64,000 nt of DNA, from NCBI GenBank assembly GCA_000165425.1, contig CT868003.1:124001-188000 (forward strand), given 5' to 3'. A program made the translations under genes and the position numbers. Source of the stretch: Paramecium tetraurelia (lineage: Eukaryota). The stretch's first letter is position 1; the number at the start of each line of letters is the position of its first letter. This document shows positions 25,320-39,203 of this stretch, in pieces. The notes beneath the pieces are model-generated. The model had not been told where the DNA came from. It did not search any database and was given only the letters and a program-made list of their open reading frames with translations.

Positions 25320-27768
25320 ATGTAAAATTACCTCCATGAATAGCTTTGTTAGGAACATTAGGATCGAATAGTGGCTGTGGCCTTTAACGATCAAAATGGT
25401 CTCAGCTAAGGATTGTGTCTTAAGTGTTGGCCCCAAAGTTGCAATAAGAAAGTGGTGCTAGTTGAAGACTTGTTAGATATGACTAAGAACATTAAAGAAG
25501 AATACTAACAAATGGATACTGAAACAAGAAAGAACATAAGGACTCTCTATTAATTGATTTAAGAACTAGAAAAACTCAAGGCTTTTATGAAATAACAAAT
25601 AAATGAATCTATCAAAAATGTCAATGACTGGATAAGGTACGTTTCTGATCAAGATCAATGTGCCAGAACTTCTCTTTCAGTTCTTAATATCGATCTCAAC
25701 GCATCACTGCAGAATGCCTAGTAATAAGTCTAAGAATTATAAAAAGAAAAAGAAAAATTTCTTTAATTTATTTAGCAAAAACTAAAAGAACTCAAAGATA
25801 ATGATCATTTTAATTCTTGTAATTAATTACTTACAGACATCGATAAAGAAAAGTTAGATCCCCCTTAAATCTAAAGTCCTGAATCCTTAGTTGATAAATC
25901 AATGATTACATAAAAAAATTTGTTTTGTTAATAGCACAATAACCAAGGTATTATTATGGTAGACTTAAATAAAAAACCCAAGATTCCTAAACGATTGGCA
26001 TGTGTTTATTGTATCCAATATAATCCTACGTCATACACAGCTATTTAGATTGCTGAAAAGTAATATAGGAAATAAGAAGCCTAAAAAATTGAAAATCTCA
26101 AAAAGTACTCTAAATCGATCGATGAAATGAACCAGACATTCAAGTATATAAATATATTTTTATATAGAAATTTCATCCAAAATGTTACTAGTTCTTTATC
26201 CGAAAAAAAAGAGAAGATTAAATCAAAAAGCTGAAACCCATTTAAATAATCTTAATGTCGATTGGGAAACATTGAAATATGACGAAGTCTCAGAATTTGC
26301 AGAAAAATTAAGTTATAATGGACACGAAGATTTTTCAAAGTCATAAATTTATTTGGATTTTCTAAAAATCAATTAGGAAGTTAATAAAAAGATTAATGAT
26401 GCATTTACTGAAATTCAATGCATTTAAAATTCAGGAGAAACTCAAATTAAATAATTGATGAACAAAGATTCTTTAAATTCTCATGAAGCTTAAACTGATT
26501 TAAATAGCAAACATAATTAAAAAAAAGAAAATATCCAGATAAACAAAACTCAAAAGATTGCATAAGTTAAAGATGCCAATTCTAATAAATAGAAAAATCA
26601 ACCAGAAAATACTCCTACAAATACTGATTAAAACATAGAGGGAAAAAGTAAAAAAAAGAACAGAAGTAAAGAATAAAATTCCAATTAAGATGCTTAGAAG
26701 AGAAAAATAAGCACAATCAATTAAAAATAATCTGAAATTGAAAAACCTATCAGTAAAGTCTAAAAGAATTAAAAGAGAACTGATATTGAAAAAGTGTTTT
26801 CATTTTTATTAAATGATCGCTCAATAAAGCAGGAGGATCCTTGCCGATCCTTTGCCTTTAATTCTAATTGTTCATATCTAATTGCAGCTTGTGACAAATC
26901 TATTAAACTTTTTTCATTCAATACTGAACACTTGATATTTCTACAGAGTTTGAACGACCATCCAAGTATGATTGTATGTTGCACATTCCTCAAAGGGTAG
27001 AATAGATTTATATCTGGATGCTTAGATGGATCAATGTTAATTTGGTCAAATTGTAAAGAAAACGGATCAGTATGGGAATGCGAATAAACTTTGAATGGCC
27101 ATACAGATTATCTTGGACATATTATACATGGTAAAGTTGAGAATATGATCATATCATGTAGCAATGATAAAACCATAAGGTTTTGGAAGAAATCTTAGAA
27201 TTGGGAATTGAAATAAATTTTAGAAGGTCACAATGAATATATATGTAGTATTAGTCTAAATGAATCAGAAAACAAGTTGATATCAGGAGCCTATGATGAT
27301 TAAATATTAATAAGCGAACCAAAAGGATAAGATAAAAAATGGACTGTAATACAATTAATAAAAGTAGAATGGGGGAGAAGATTATGTTTTATAACTGATA
27401 CTTTATTTACATTTTAGCCTTGTAAAAAATAATTAATGCATGTTTATGAGTAAAAGGATTCAACAATAGGCTTTATAAAATCAAGGGAAATCAGAGTTGA
27501 ATCAAAAGGAGATGAATGTTTTTGGCTATTCCCCCAATAATTTAGTAAAAAAACGGGGATTTTAATAAATAAGAATTGCCATCTCGTAAACATTATTAGA
27601 TGGAGGAGGAAGAAGAAGTTTTATACTGATTAGGTGATATTTTTTGGTACAAAGGAAATTTATGGGTCAATGACGGATGATGGCGAGTGGTTAGTTACAT
27701 GGGATGACAAATCCAAGGAAATCCAATTAAGACATTTAGAAATAAAATTATAAGTATAAGATTTATGA
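25320..27768 (+). CDS. Protein with two C-x2-H..C-x2-C zinc modules, coiled coil and C-terminal WD40 propeller
   Basis: CQEH..CLKC; FCQQH..VDLN..KRLACVYC; WD repeats LNGHTD, SCSNDKTIRFW, LEGHNEYICSISLN, DGEWLVTWD. Confidence 0.85.
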
Positions 27769-27840
27769 TTATCATATACAATTTGATTTTTAGATTATTT
27801 TTTATTCTAGTTTGTAAAATATTATAATTTTAATTTAATA

Positions 27841-28254
27841 ATGCAAAATAAATCATTTAAAGATATTTTAGGTTTATAAGTAGTTAAAGTCTAACTCGTT
27901 TAAAAACCTACAAAAGAAAACAAAGATGAACCAATTCACTATGGAGTCATTGTAACAACAACAGAAAAATAAGAAAAATAGGAAAAATAAGAAAAATACT
28001 TACTTCATAATGGATATAAATTTGGAAAAATTTAAGATTTTATTTTGACAAGCGCACATAATCTTAGCAATAATTGGGAGATCACTTAAAATTATGAATT
28101 AGAGACACCAATAAAATTAAATATTTTATTTTAAGCTGGATGTTGTGGATAAAATATGAGATATCATTCTTAAATGAATAACAGCAAGCATGCTTAAGAT
28201 AGAATAGTCAAAATGGTTAATGATTTAATTAACTCTAAATAAAATATAGGCTGA
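27841..28254 (+). CDS. LRAT/PPPDE-like (permuted NlpC/P60) small protein with Ser at the catalytic Cys position
   Basis: Intronless 137 aa: IHYGVIVTT...YLLHNG...RYHSQMNNSKHAQDRI. Confidence 0.6.
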
Positions 28255-28571
28255 AAGAACCCCTTTTTCAGTAGTGAATAGTTTTAATTATTAAATTCTA
28301 ATAAATAATCTTGATAGAGTTTCGCGATTAAAATAACTGTCTTCTTTTTAATATTCGTAAAAGTATCAGCCCATTTTTATGGCATTCTTATGTAATTAGT
28401 TGGATTTAATATGCCTTAATATAGACATAAAAAGTAAACTGAGAATTATGATAAAAATAAGAGCAATTATTTAATAACTAAATTTGTAATCATTCTTAAT
28501 AGCTATAAATCTAATAGATATTATAATCTAAGAATGTTAGATAGGTGAAAAAGTAATAATAATTATAATTC

Positions 28572-29765
28572 TCATGATTTTATAGACCTTGGATTTTTAT
28601 GGTTTTCTATATCTTAAGAGTTCTATTAAAATGGTATTTTGTGAAAGAAATATTTTTATATAGACAAGTAGCACATCAATACTACTGAAAATATGAAGTA
28701 ATAGTTCTCCATTATCATCGCAGGCATAATATTTTCAAAAGATTACCCTATAACCATTATTATTGAAATGCAATGCACAATAATTAAGGAAATGTAATAA
28801 GCTATCTTCATGTATTTCCTATTATATATGCAATTCTTACATGACTTTTTACAACGCTTGACTTGAAATTTAGATCCTGCAGCAGGATTAAATTATTATT
28901 ATTAGGATAAATAAGGACAGAATTAGCCAGTCTATTAAATTCAAGAGCTTGAGACTTTAATCAAGGGTAAATATTTTAATCCTGTATTGACATTGGACAA
29001 AATCAAAGATATAAAGTGGCATGGATAAAATTGGAAATATGCAACTAAATACAACTTGGTTCAATAAGGGAACTTTGACTTTGATGGGTAAAGTATTTGT
29101 AAATTCTTAATAGATGATGTTCAATATTCCAACTTTGCATGCAATGTAAGCAATTTAATTAATATAAATGAGCGAGTGATCCAATCCCTATAATCTACAA
29201 AAGCTTTATTAATATCTAATTAATTCAATCAAATTTAAAGTGATATTTGTTCCGATAATTATTATGTAATAGGTAAATAAAAGTTTCCATCTACAATCAA
29301 TTGATTTGTCGACATAATATTGTGAAATATTAATGCTAGAATAATACACAAGTTATTGCTCAAATTTATTCCATTTCTGTGTTCTTTGTTTGATTTTTTT
29401 CAATTTTTCATTATCATTGCAAACCAAAGTGTTAGATTATTCAGTATATTCTTACACATTTTGTGTGATTTGCAATTACGAGTTAGAAATATCAGCAATT
29501 TCTCTTATTGTAGGTAATCTATCCTAAAATTCTTTAGGTATTCTGAAATTATTTTTTATAGATTATTAATCAAATACCTCTACAATTTTTCTATTCTTTT
29601 TTGTTCACATTGTTTCAACATCTCATTAAACCTTTACTCTTCCAAAATCTAATCCAACTACGTTTCAGATTGTGTTTATTGAAACTCAAGTTCAACAACA
29701 GTTTCATTTTCAGGGCTTGTTTTTAGTGCAACATTTTCAAAGCTAATTTATTCATTATTTTTCAT
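28572..29765 (-). CDS. Multi-pass membrane protein with one apparent frameshift near 28868
   Basis: Hydrophobic segments WKLLFTYYIIIIG, VVFSCIFPILSMPLYIF, WLILSLFILIIII; two more TMs (IAYYISLIIVHCISIIMVI, YYFIFSVVLMCYL) lie in the shifted frame. Confidence 0.55.
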
Positions 29766-30329
29766 ATAGAAATTTAGATATTTTAGAAAATTATTAAACA
29801 ATTGGGAATTATTATTAAACAAAGCCTATTCTTTCAATTGATCCCAAATAAATTAAACAACAAAATCAAAAATATACTTCCGAAAAAAATTTGATTTTTT
29901 TCTCTATGTATTATTCAATTTGAACCAGAATTTTATTGAATATTTATTTCAGTATTCAACTAATTATTCTCGCCTTATTTCATACTCTATAAAGACTTTG
30001 GACAACATAATTAATGTATATACACTTAATAAATGTAAAAAGAAAATGATTATACTCATGTTATTAGACATTTATTCATTTAAATATCTGTCTCTAAAAA
30101 CATTGTTAAATTAATTCATATAAATAATTTGTTTATTAAAGTTGATCATTCCATTCATTAATAAGTCAATAATTATTCATTTTTTAATTTAATATATACA
30201 GATATTAATACAAGTTCTAATCAGATATTCGTTAAAAAGAAGCCGACTCAAGATTGACATAATAAAGAACAATCAAATAATAATTTCTAGATATCTAGAA
30301 ATAAAAATTAAAGATTTTAACTATATTCA

Positions 30330-31174
30330 ATGAAATCCTTATATAACGAAATGGATAAAATACTTCCTTAAACTAAGACTACAGGAGCGTTATGGTTAGG
30401 GAATATCAAGGCAGCTTAGAATATAGTTAGGCTCAACCAAGAGAACATCAAAACAGTACTCACAATAGCCAATAACACCAATTTATCTTACCCTTAACAT
30501 CAAAGAGTGAGACACAAGGTAATTAATCATCATTTATATAGGTTTTCGAAATAAAGGACAATGACAACGTGAACATTCTTGATTTGATTGAAATAACAAA
30601 TTAATACATAGAAGAGTCACTCTAATAAGGTTCTGTGTTGGTTCATTGTATGGCAGGAATTTCTCGCTCAGTTTCCTGTGTTATAGCCTACTTGATTCAT
30701 AAAAATAACTGGAATTATGAATAAGCTTTTAAGTTCGTAAAAACCAAGAGAAATTGTTCCAAACCTAATGAAGGCTTTAAGAAACAATTAATTTAGTATG
30801 CAGAGCAAAAGTTACCAAACAGTTAGACTCATGATAACCAAGAAAAACTATTAAATGATTTGAGGAGGAAATTGTACCTCTCCCCAGATGATGTTGTTAA
30901 AAAAACTTAATTAGTGAAGTCGCCTTAAAAATAGATTACTTCACTAAATTAAAATTCAACTGCTGAAGAAAAATAACAATATCGTTAGTAAATGGCATAG
31001 AAATTGTTTGTGAGTACATTTTTTAAAGACAGCTTACATAAAAATAGCTATTCCTTAACATAAAATAAGATTAGGACTGCTCAACCTGTGACTAAAAGAG
31101 CTCAATTGAGCATGTACCGTTCAATATAGGAATCTGACTTTGGGTTTTTATCAGACAGATTGAACATAGCATGA
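30330..31174 (+). CDS. Dual-specificity protein phosphatase
   Basis: GALWLGN, IKDND, VLVHCMAGISRS, AYL, PNEGFKKQL. Confidence 0.93.
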
Positions 31175-31340
31175 TTTTTTTATCATTTTTATATTTAAAT
31201 TATACATTTCCATATAAATCCAATATATCACGTTAGTCATTTAGTATCTTTAATAAAATGGACTATACAATTTCAGATAAGAATATAAAATAAATTAAAT
31301 TAATTTGTTCTATTTTAAGATATAAGAATAAATTTTATTA

Positions 31341-32955
31341 TCATTAATCCAATGAATCCATAAATTAAAATTGCGAATGTTGCTTTTAGTTAACTCTTTT
31401 TCTTTTCCAATCATCTACAATGTTATTCGAATTTAAAAACTCTAATTTATTATTCTAATTAAGTTAATATTATATACAAATTGTATTTGTCTTATTTGTT
31501 CATTCTGAAATTAATCATAATTTTACTATTGAGCTTGCCAGTAAAATTTTTGTTACTTAGGGGAATTGTTGTCCAAATTGGAACTGCAATTCCATTAAGG
31601 AGATGTAAATGTATTTTAATAAAATTGAAATTACTATGTAGGTGTATAAGTCATTGGAGTTTGATTTATCATAGAGATTGGCGTATTAGTATTATAAGTA
31701 GATTAAAATTGTTTCATATATTATTCCATCATCATTTTATATTAAAGTTGATGGAACTCTTCCATCTAATTTCTATAACTTTGATAGAACAATTAATTCT
31801 AATTTTATTATTAAAGATCAAATTATTATTATTATTATTATTATTATTGGAAAATTGGCAAAAATAGATTGTTTAAAGCATATGGTGTTTAAATACTATT
31901 AATCTCAGGAATCTAAATTTGCTATTATGGTTATAATCGTTAATCAGAATGATGAAAATCATTAGATAACCCAGAATTTTAAACATTAAGTTTGTTTTCA
32001 TTATTTTCTTTTAGATTGATTTAATTAATTTAAATATCAAATTCTTATTTATTTGATTCTGTTATATTTTTGAGGGATTTGAGATGATTTTTACTTAATT
32101 TCTTTTTCTTGTTTATTTTTTTAAGATGCTTAGATTGATTATGGAGTTTTTTTGGTTTGCACTTGAACTGTTAAGAAGATTGGTTTTTTTAAATGAGAGG
32201 ATCTCCTGTAACTTGATCAGAGGAAACTCCTAATTTCTTTAGATAATCTTGGATAGCTTGAAGTTCATCTAATTCATCATCATCTTCATCCTTGAATATC
32301 TTTTGCATTAAACTTTTGAATCTTTATTTATATTAAAATTGAATACCTGTTCTTCACTTGATTTTCAGTTCTTCCTGTCAAGGCTGCCGATAATTATGAC
32401 CATCTCTTACCGTTTTTCACAATATTAGTCAATAATTGAAGGTCTTCAGTTTATGACCAATTGGCTCTAGGGTATAAATGCTGATTCTTACTTATTCAAT
32501 TTTGGGTTAAGATAATTCATCCACCTTTCTCTAACCTATTTGGGGGTTCGTATAAATAAACCACTATTTTTATTGTACAACTCCAAGGCAATAAATGTCC
32601 ATATATGTTTCTCATCTTATTCACTAATTTGTTTTATACATTTTTACTTCATTAAGGAGCGGATGATTTCATCTTCTTGAGAATCCCAATTAATACTCTT
32701 TTGAACAGGGTTTATTAGTGTGATCCATCGTTGTTTCAGAATGGTTTCATCAGTTTATAAGATACTCGCAAGCTCAACCCATTCTTCTTTGTTTGGGTTG
32801 ATGATTTTTTCATTTTTCTATTGAAAATACTTGCTTAGGACCCAAATGAACATCATTTTACATTGCTTATCCCATTTTCTCTTTTTACTTTATTTTTCCT
32901 CTTAAATCAATCTGTTGTTTTTATATATAGATTTCTTACTTTTAAGCAATACCAT
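31341..32955 (-). CDS. Three-repeat Myb transcription factor with Q/N-rich C-terminus
   Basis: KWDKQC..EWVEL..KQRW; NWDSQED..IWTFIA..RTPKQVRERWMNYLNP; NWSQTED..GKRWSQLS..GRTENQVKNRF. An in-frame ATG at 33033 is an alternative start. Confidence 0.88.
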
Positions 32956-33342
32956 CGAAATACTTGCTGTTCGGATTTATGAAATTTTCTTTGATTTTAA
33001 ATTGATTTCTAAAATAAAATGGAATTTCAGCATTTTTGATTGTGCCAAGTTACGAAATGAATTTCTGAAACATATATTAATAATAATTTAATTTTGAAAT
33101 ACTGGTAAAATTCTTTACAAAGGAAAGTTTTAATATTAAATCTCAATACCTCCCAATCCTAACCATTGTTGGTAGCCTTTTAATAATGAAATTTATGCTT
33201 TAAATTAAATGTATAAAAGTTATATTAATTTTTTAATATAAATATCATTAATTAATATATTGAGCAAAATAATTAAAATAAGTCCAGTTTATAATTTACT
33301 GATATTATAGGTTTTTATAAATTATAGCTCTAAAGTACTAAA

Positions 33343-34589
33343 TCAAGTCAAATATGAAAATCCTGCAAGGGCAAGGGGACTATTTAAAATTTTGTTAAAT
33401 TTTGAATTTGATTGATTATTATGCTTCATTGAACTTTTTAATACAGTTTTTGCATCCATAGGCGAAGTCCCCAATTTTCTTTGTGAAACAACATTAACTT
33501 GCTCTCTACTCAATTTTCTTGAGATGTTGATTTCTTCATTCAGAAATGTATTTTTAGGCGGAGAATTCTGAGATCTTGAATTGTTCAGTTAGGAACTATT
33601 TATTGATCTCGAATTTCTGTTCTTAAGTTCCCTAATCTTGTCTTAAATGTCACTAATCATTATAATCTATAATACCTTGTGATTGAACCCCCATATTCTA
33701 TTTTGATTGGACTAGCATAATTTTGAACTAGCGATATTTGCAGAGGTTGTAAAATATTGAAAAACCTTCTGAAATCCTAATAAAATTAAGCCTGTTTTTT
33801 TGACAGTTGTTACATTTCATCCTACATTTATTTGAACAAGTTCTTCAATAATAGTTATTATATTTACGAGCTGCTTTATTGATAATTATTTATCCTGTAC
33901 TATTCCATCGACTGTGGCTACTAATTATTTGAAAGTGTATATATCTTAACTATCTTAATTTTTCAAAATTGCTTTGATTTCATTCTTAATTATACTCATT
34001 TCTTCAATGTCTAATTACTTAAAATATTTCAAAAGATTACCTAAACTTCCTCATCTTTAGTAAGCTCATTCAAGTATGTAGTCTCTATATTTGATAATTG
34101 ATTCTGAAATTCCTCTTATTTTGAATCTAAATACATATGCAAGGCCTTGAATTCTGTGTCTATATCACTTTTTTATGTTTGACATTTATCCTTTACTTAT
34201 TATTTATCGAATTGAATATTTCTGATCTTATCTAAACTTCTTTCAACTGCTAAATTTAATTTCTCCAAACAAGGATGACCTTTTATTGTAGGATCCTCCT
34301 AAAGTGGTTAAACATGCTATCGTTTCTCAGTTGTAAAAGGTTTAACATTGTAATTTGGTTACGTCTTCGATACTTGTGTCTGTGATTCTTTTGTTTATTG
34401 AACTGCTTATAGAGATTCATGATCTAAAACTGTGGGGGCATTGCATTTTAGACAAGGTACTCCACTGTCATCTCTGTGAATAGCATGTGATATGCAATAT
34501 AAACAAAATTTATGTTCGCAATCCAATATAACAAATTAAGTTGGAACAGTTTGACATTGTTCACATATGACTTCATCTTCTTCAGACAT
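33343..34589 (-). CDS. RING (C3HC4) finger plus coiled-coil protein
   Basis: CEQC..LDCEHKFCLYC..CLKC followed by coiled coil; TGA 33343-33345. Confidence 0.8.
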
Positions 34590-34655
34590 TTTGATGTTAT
34601 TTTATGAATAATTTTATTTATTAACAACTTTTAATTTTAAATTATAATAAATAAT

Positions 34656-36514
34656 ATGCAGAATCAATACTTTGTAAAAGGGTTAGGATTTAGTCAGAAA
34701 TAGGAGCCTTAAGAGACTCGATCTTATGGTCGTATTAAAAAAACTCCATATTCGGCATATAACAATAGAAGTTATAATTTAGTATAGAATTCATTTTAAA
34801 TTAGAACTATCACGATATTAGGATGTGTCAACATCATGTAAAAAAGATGGTGGTTATTCTCAATAACGCGATTAAGAATTAGGCTGCAACAATGTTCAAA
34901 TATTTGAGGTAGTTTTGTCAACTTGAATTAGTATTTATGTGCAAAATAAATAAGAGGAAGAAATAAAGGCCTAATTAAGAGTAATCTAAGAAGGATTGTT
35001 GAGATTCCAACATGCTATATCATTATACAATTAGAGATTAAAAGGCACTGGATTTTTTTATATTGCAAAAGTGGATGTAATGTCCCATTTGAAAAAAGAA
35101 TTAAGAAATCAGCACTCCTTATAGTATTAGCCACTTACTCATCAAATATTTAGGAAATGGTTAAAGTTGACACTCGAATTGAAATTAAATCGAGTTCTGA
35201 AATAATAATAATAGAATATGATAGGTTTTTATAAATTCACTCTGTGCAAAATAATAACAAAATAAGACTCATTAAAAGTATGGAGTTTTAATAAATTAAG
35301 AATTACTCAAAGAAAATCAAAGTTAAACAGATTAATAATTAACTTAGGTTTATAGTATTTGAGACTTAATCTATATAATGCTGAAGATGCGACTTACTAA
35401 TACTTAAGGAAACCACATTTATTATAATAAATAGAGGCATTCTAAAAAATAAAGCATTATAAATATTTCAACTCCAATCAGCATTACTTTATTTTAATTT
35501 TAGTCAACAAATTCAGTAACAACATTAAATTACCTAAGATAGTAAATTACATGTATTGAGAACATTGTTCTTTTCATCCATTAAAAGAGTTGATCATCAT
35601 ATAGAGTATGTGGTACCAAACGAATAAAAATAATAATTCGACATAGAACTAGCAAGATAGTTAGTTCATTGCAAATTGGAACACTAAAAACTATAATAGA
35701 GATTTATTAAAAAATCAAATTTGCATGCTCCAATTGGAATCTTTGAATCAATCAAAACAATATTTTATAAATCAATGCTACCCTGTTTCATTCGAATACG
35801 AGGATCTCTAAAATAATCTTAAGCACAAGATATTGAAGTTTAAGATGGAATCTCAAAAAATTTAGTAAATTTAATAATTATTCAAGAGCATTTTAGCGAG
35901 TAAACTAAGCTCAAAAATTAAAACGAAAAATCGAAAATCTTAAAACTTAGACATTAATTTAAGACTTGAAACAATTTTCAGAAAGAATTACATGCATGAA
36001 AGAAAACTAATATTGAATTCATTAAAGAAATGGTAAATGATTACATTTCCTGTCTAATTATACCATGATTATGAGATGAGATTAAAAGTATTGTAAAATG
36101 AAAAGGTGAATTTTTAACCTAATATTTATAGGAAGTAATAATGACTGACATTGAATAACTAGAAATATTGAATAATGAATTGATGAATACCATGAATGAA
36201 GTTAAAAAAACTTTTCTATCTGATGAATCCAATCTTAATACTTCCAAAAAGAATGACCAAAAACAAATAGAAATCCAAAGATTTGATATTTAAGATAACC
36301 TAACCTCACAGAAAGAGATCAAGATTGCTTTTGAATATGTTGATTACCTCAAAGAAGATGTATTTTTGATAATATCATATAGAATATTGATTTAAAGAAG
36401 TAAGTTCAATTGAATGAGTAACTTATGATGAACGAAATTTAATAATTAGAATAAGAACTCTAAGTAAGATATATTCTAATATGAAAGGAACTAAAAAATT
36501 AATTATCAAATTGA
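34656..36514 (+). CDS. Uncharacterised helical/coiled-coil protein, multi-intron
   Basis: Long code-6 frame joined by short GT..AG introns, C-terminal heptads (NEIQQLEQELQ|ELKNQLSN*); intron structure partly uncertain. Confidence 0.55.
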
Positions 36515-36589
36515 ATTTTTTGTGTTATTTTCTTATTCATTTATTTATAAATAAATATAAGTTTAATTTAAATACTTAACATCCTATTA

Positions 36590-37201
36590 ATGATGTAAAT
36601 TAGATAGTAGTAGAGTTGCTATTATAATTCAAATTCCCTAAGATTAAAATCAAGAGTGATGCTCAATCCTATAGTTTAATCCACTTCAGATATCAAATCC
36701 CCCGTAAATATCTCATAAACGAGTAAAGTTTAAGATCAATAATTATAACTCCAAAAAGGATTGAATAATGTTATCGATGAAACTATCTAATCTAATTCTA
36801 ATTGTCATTCTAATAGAAATTAAAAAGAGACATTTTTTATTGTCAAAACTTCTCGAATCAATGATGGAAAAGATTAAAATCAAAAGGTTCACAGCACAAG
36901 TCTGTAGAAATCTTAACCAAAAGGCATATTGAAATAGAAAAGCAAGTTGACTCAATAAAACTTTGAGATTAAATCTTTGGATACCAATGCTATCTCATTG
37001 TTGAACACCAAACGAACTAAATTGTAAAAATAAAAGCCTTCTTTACCTTCTTAAGTATCTTTCCATCCTTTTTTCGCAGAAAACAATTCGCCAAAAAGAG
37101 TGTCTTTTAATAATTAGGTTTATTTTAAAATGATTGACGAATATATCTCCATCAAACCTAAACGATATGTATTAGCAGATCTTAATGATAAAATTGATTG
37201 A
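36590..37201 (+). CDS. Disordered protein with GILK and RVxF motifs (putative PP1 regulator)
   Basis: Intronless 203-aa frame ...PKGILKQK...NSPKRVSFNNQVYFKMI...KID*. Confidence 0.7.
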
Positions 37202-38359
37202 TAATTAAATTTCGTTAATTGTAATTGAGTATTATTATATGTAATATATCATTATACAACAAGAAGTATTGATAACAAAGTTTTAACCCATATTTCCTGA
37301 ATTTAGTAAAGCTTCTTAAAATAAATATAAATAAAAAAGAACAAGAAAAATATCAACTTGGAATTGGTAGTCTAAAAGACTTAAATTAAGTAAATTCCTA
37401 AAGCAAACTCGTCTGGAGCATTGCAAACTTTTAGTTCTTTATATAATGAAACAATAATCTATATATAATTTTAATTTATAAATGGTTTTAGTTTTACAAC
37501 AAGTGTAAAAGCGCCTTAAATCTAATCAAATAAAATATTCATAGTTTATATAGAAATGCAGCCAAGAATTTATGATCAACTTAATTCATATAATGAACCC
37601 TTTTAGAAATACTAAGTCTATATGATTTTGGTTATCTAAGAATAGATCAATTATTTTCGATCATATACTATTTGTAGATTGTAGATGTAGTTGTAAACCA
37701 TTATCAGATGGTATAACAAAATCCTAATATATTTCACATAAATTTGAAGAAATTATTATATAGAATAAGATTGATAATAAGAATTCTTGAATTTCTTCGC
37801 ATGAATCCTATTAAGTACTGCTTTAAAAATAATTTTCATTTTATTATTCTTATTTTATCAAGGGCATAAATAAATTCTAAAATAATATTTACAAATATAT
37901 TGAGTATAGGATTAAGAATTTGAATTGCATATCCAGTTTTCTTTGGTTATTATAATTATAATTGGGTAGTAATATAATCAGCAGGAAGATTAAATTAATT
38001 ATAAGAAAATAAAATTATAGTTTAAGTAGAATTAAGTTAGACAACAAGTGAAAAGGGATGATAGTACAATTCAAATACAAATTAACTTGTTCTTAATCTT
38101 ATTTCAAGTTAAGTCCATGTTTATTTCTATTCTGTTTAAATTTAGCTACTATATTATTCATATTGGCAAGAATTCTTGATACCATTTTATATATAGGATT
38201 TGAGTTTGTTAATTTATGACTTTTTTCTTATTGAAAATTATTTTATTTTATCACAATAGCTCTACACAATTAAAAAGAAACAAATTTCAAAAAAAAATAT
38301 TATGGTAGACAAGAATTTAAAAATGCTTAATTATAATATCAATAGGATGCAGTTTCATA

Positions 38360-39203
38360 TCATTATCTTTTAAGATATGCCTCCAAAGAGAAATCTTCAT
38401 TATCTGTGTCAGTGCTTTCAAATCCTGCATAGCAAAAATCATTTTAGTTTATTGCCATTTATTTAAGTTTTCTTTGAGTTGTACTTTTATTTTGCTATTT
38501 TTCTAAAATAACCGATTATTTGAAGCATTGTGATAATTTCAAATAATTAAAATCTGATTTAACAGATTTAGCAATTATTTTTGGAGATTAAGTTATAGCT
38601 TTATTCTGATGTATAACAGCTTTTTAATTTTTAGTGCAATTATCCATTGAAATTGCTCTTTTTCTCTCAACAAATAATTTGGGCAACACAATCCTATTAG
38701 GCAATTATCTATTGGGATCTTGTTAAATTGAAGAATACTTAATGACAAGGATCGTTTAGCTCTATAAGTTAACTATATAATACAAGACATTTAATATTAA
38801 ATATGCACTGATAAATAATAATAAAATAATCCTTTTGGTAATGACGTTATGAAATCCTTCAAAATTTAGTTTTTCCATCCAGATTGGGGTCAAGCTTTCT
38901 CAATATATCAAATTTAAACATCTCAGATCTTTGGTTAAAAAACTCTTGGTTTGATAATATTTGGCAAAGGCATTTCGTTAGCAAATTATACTGTAATCCA
39001 GTATTATTACTTTTAAATCTTATTAGAAGACTAAATAATCTTCATTCTTGCTATTATTTTTTATTTTTCAAAATTTTGGTTTGTTAAAATATAAGACTTA
39101 TCTAACTATTAATTAGGATTATAGTCCATAATTGACAAATTAGTTTGAAATAACTCTAGAAATATTAAATTGATATGGTAATACATTTGGTTGCTTAATT
39201 CAT
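38360..39203 (-). pseudogene. Probable frameshifted or decayed gene
   Basis: Plausible start (MNQATK, then a 29-nt intron) and end (GFESTDTDNEDFSLEAYLKRQ*), but no single spliced frame connects them without frameshifts. Confidence 0.3.

Noticed and set aside
28630..29305. Plus-strand transglutaminase-like reading (HVFP..Y, *NLDPAAG.YYY.D..G)
   Set aside because: Needs two frameshifts and a stop, and is largely the codon-aligned antisense of a more coherent minus-strand membrane-protein gene.
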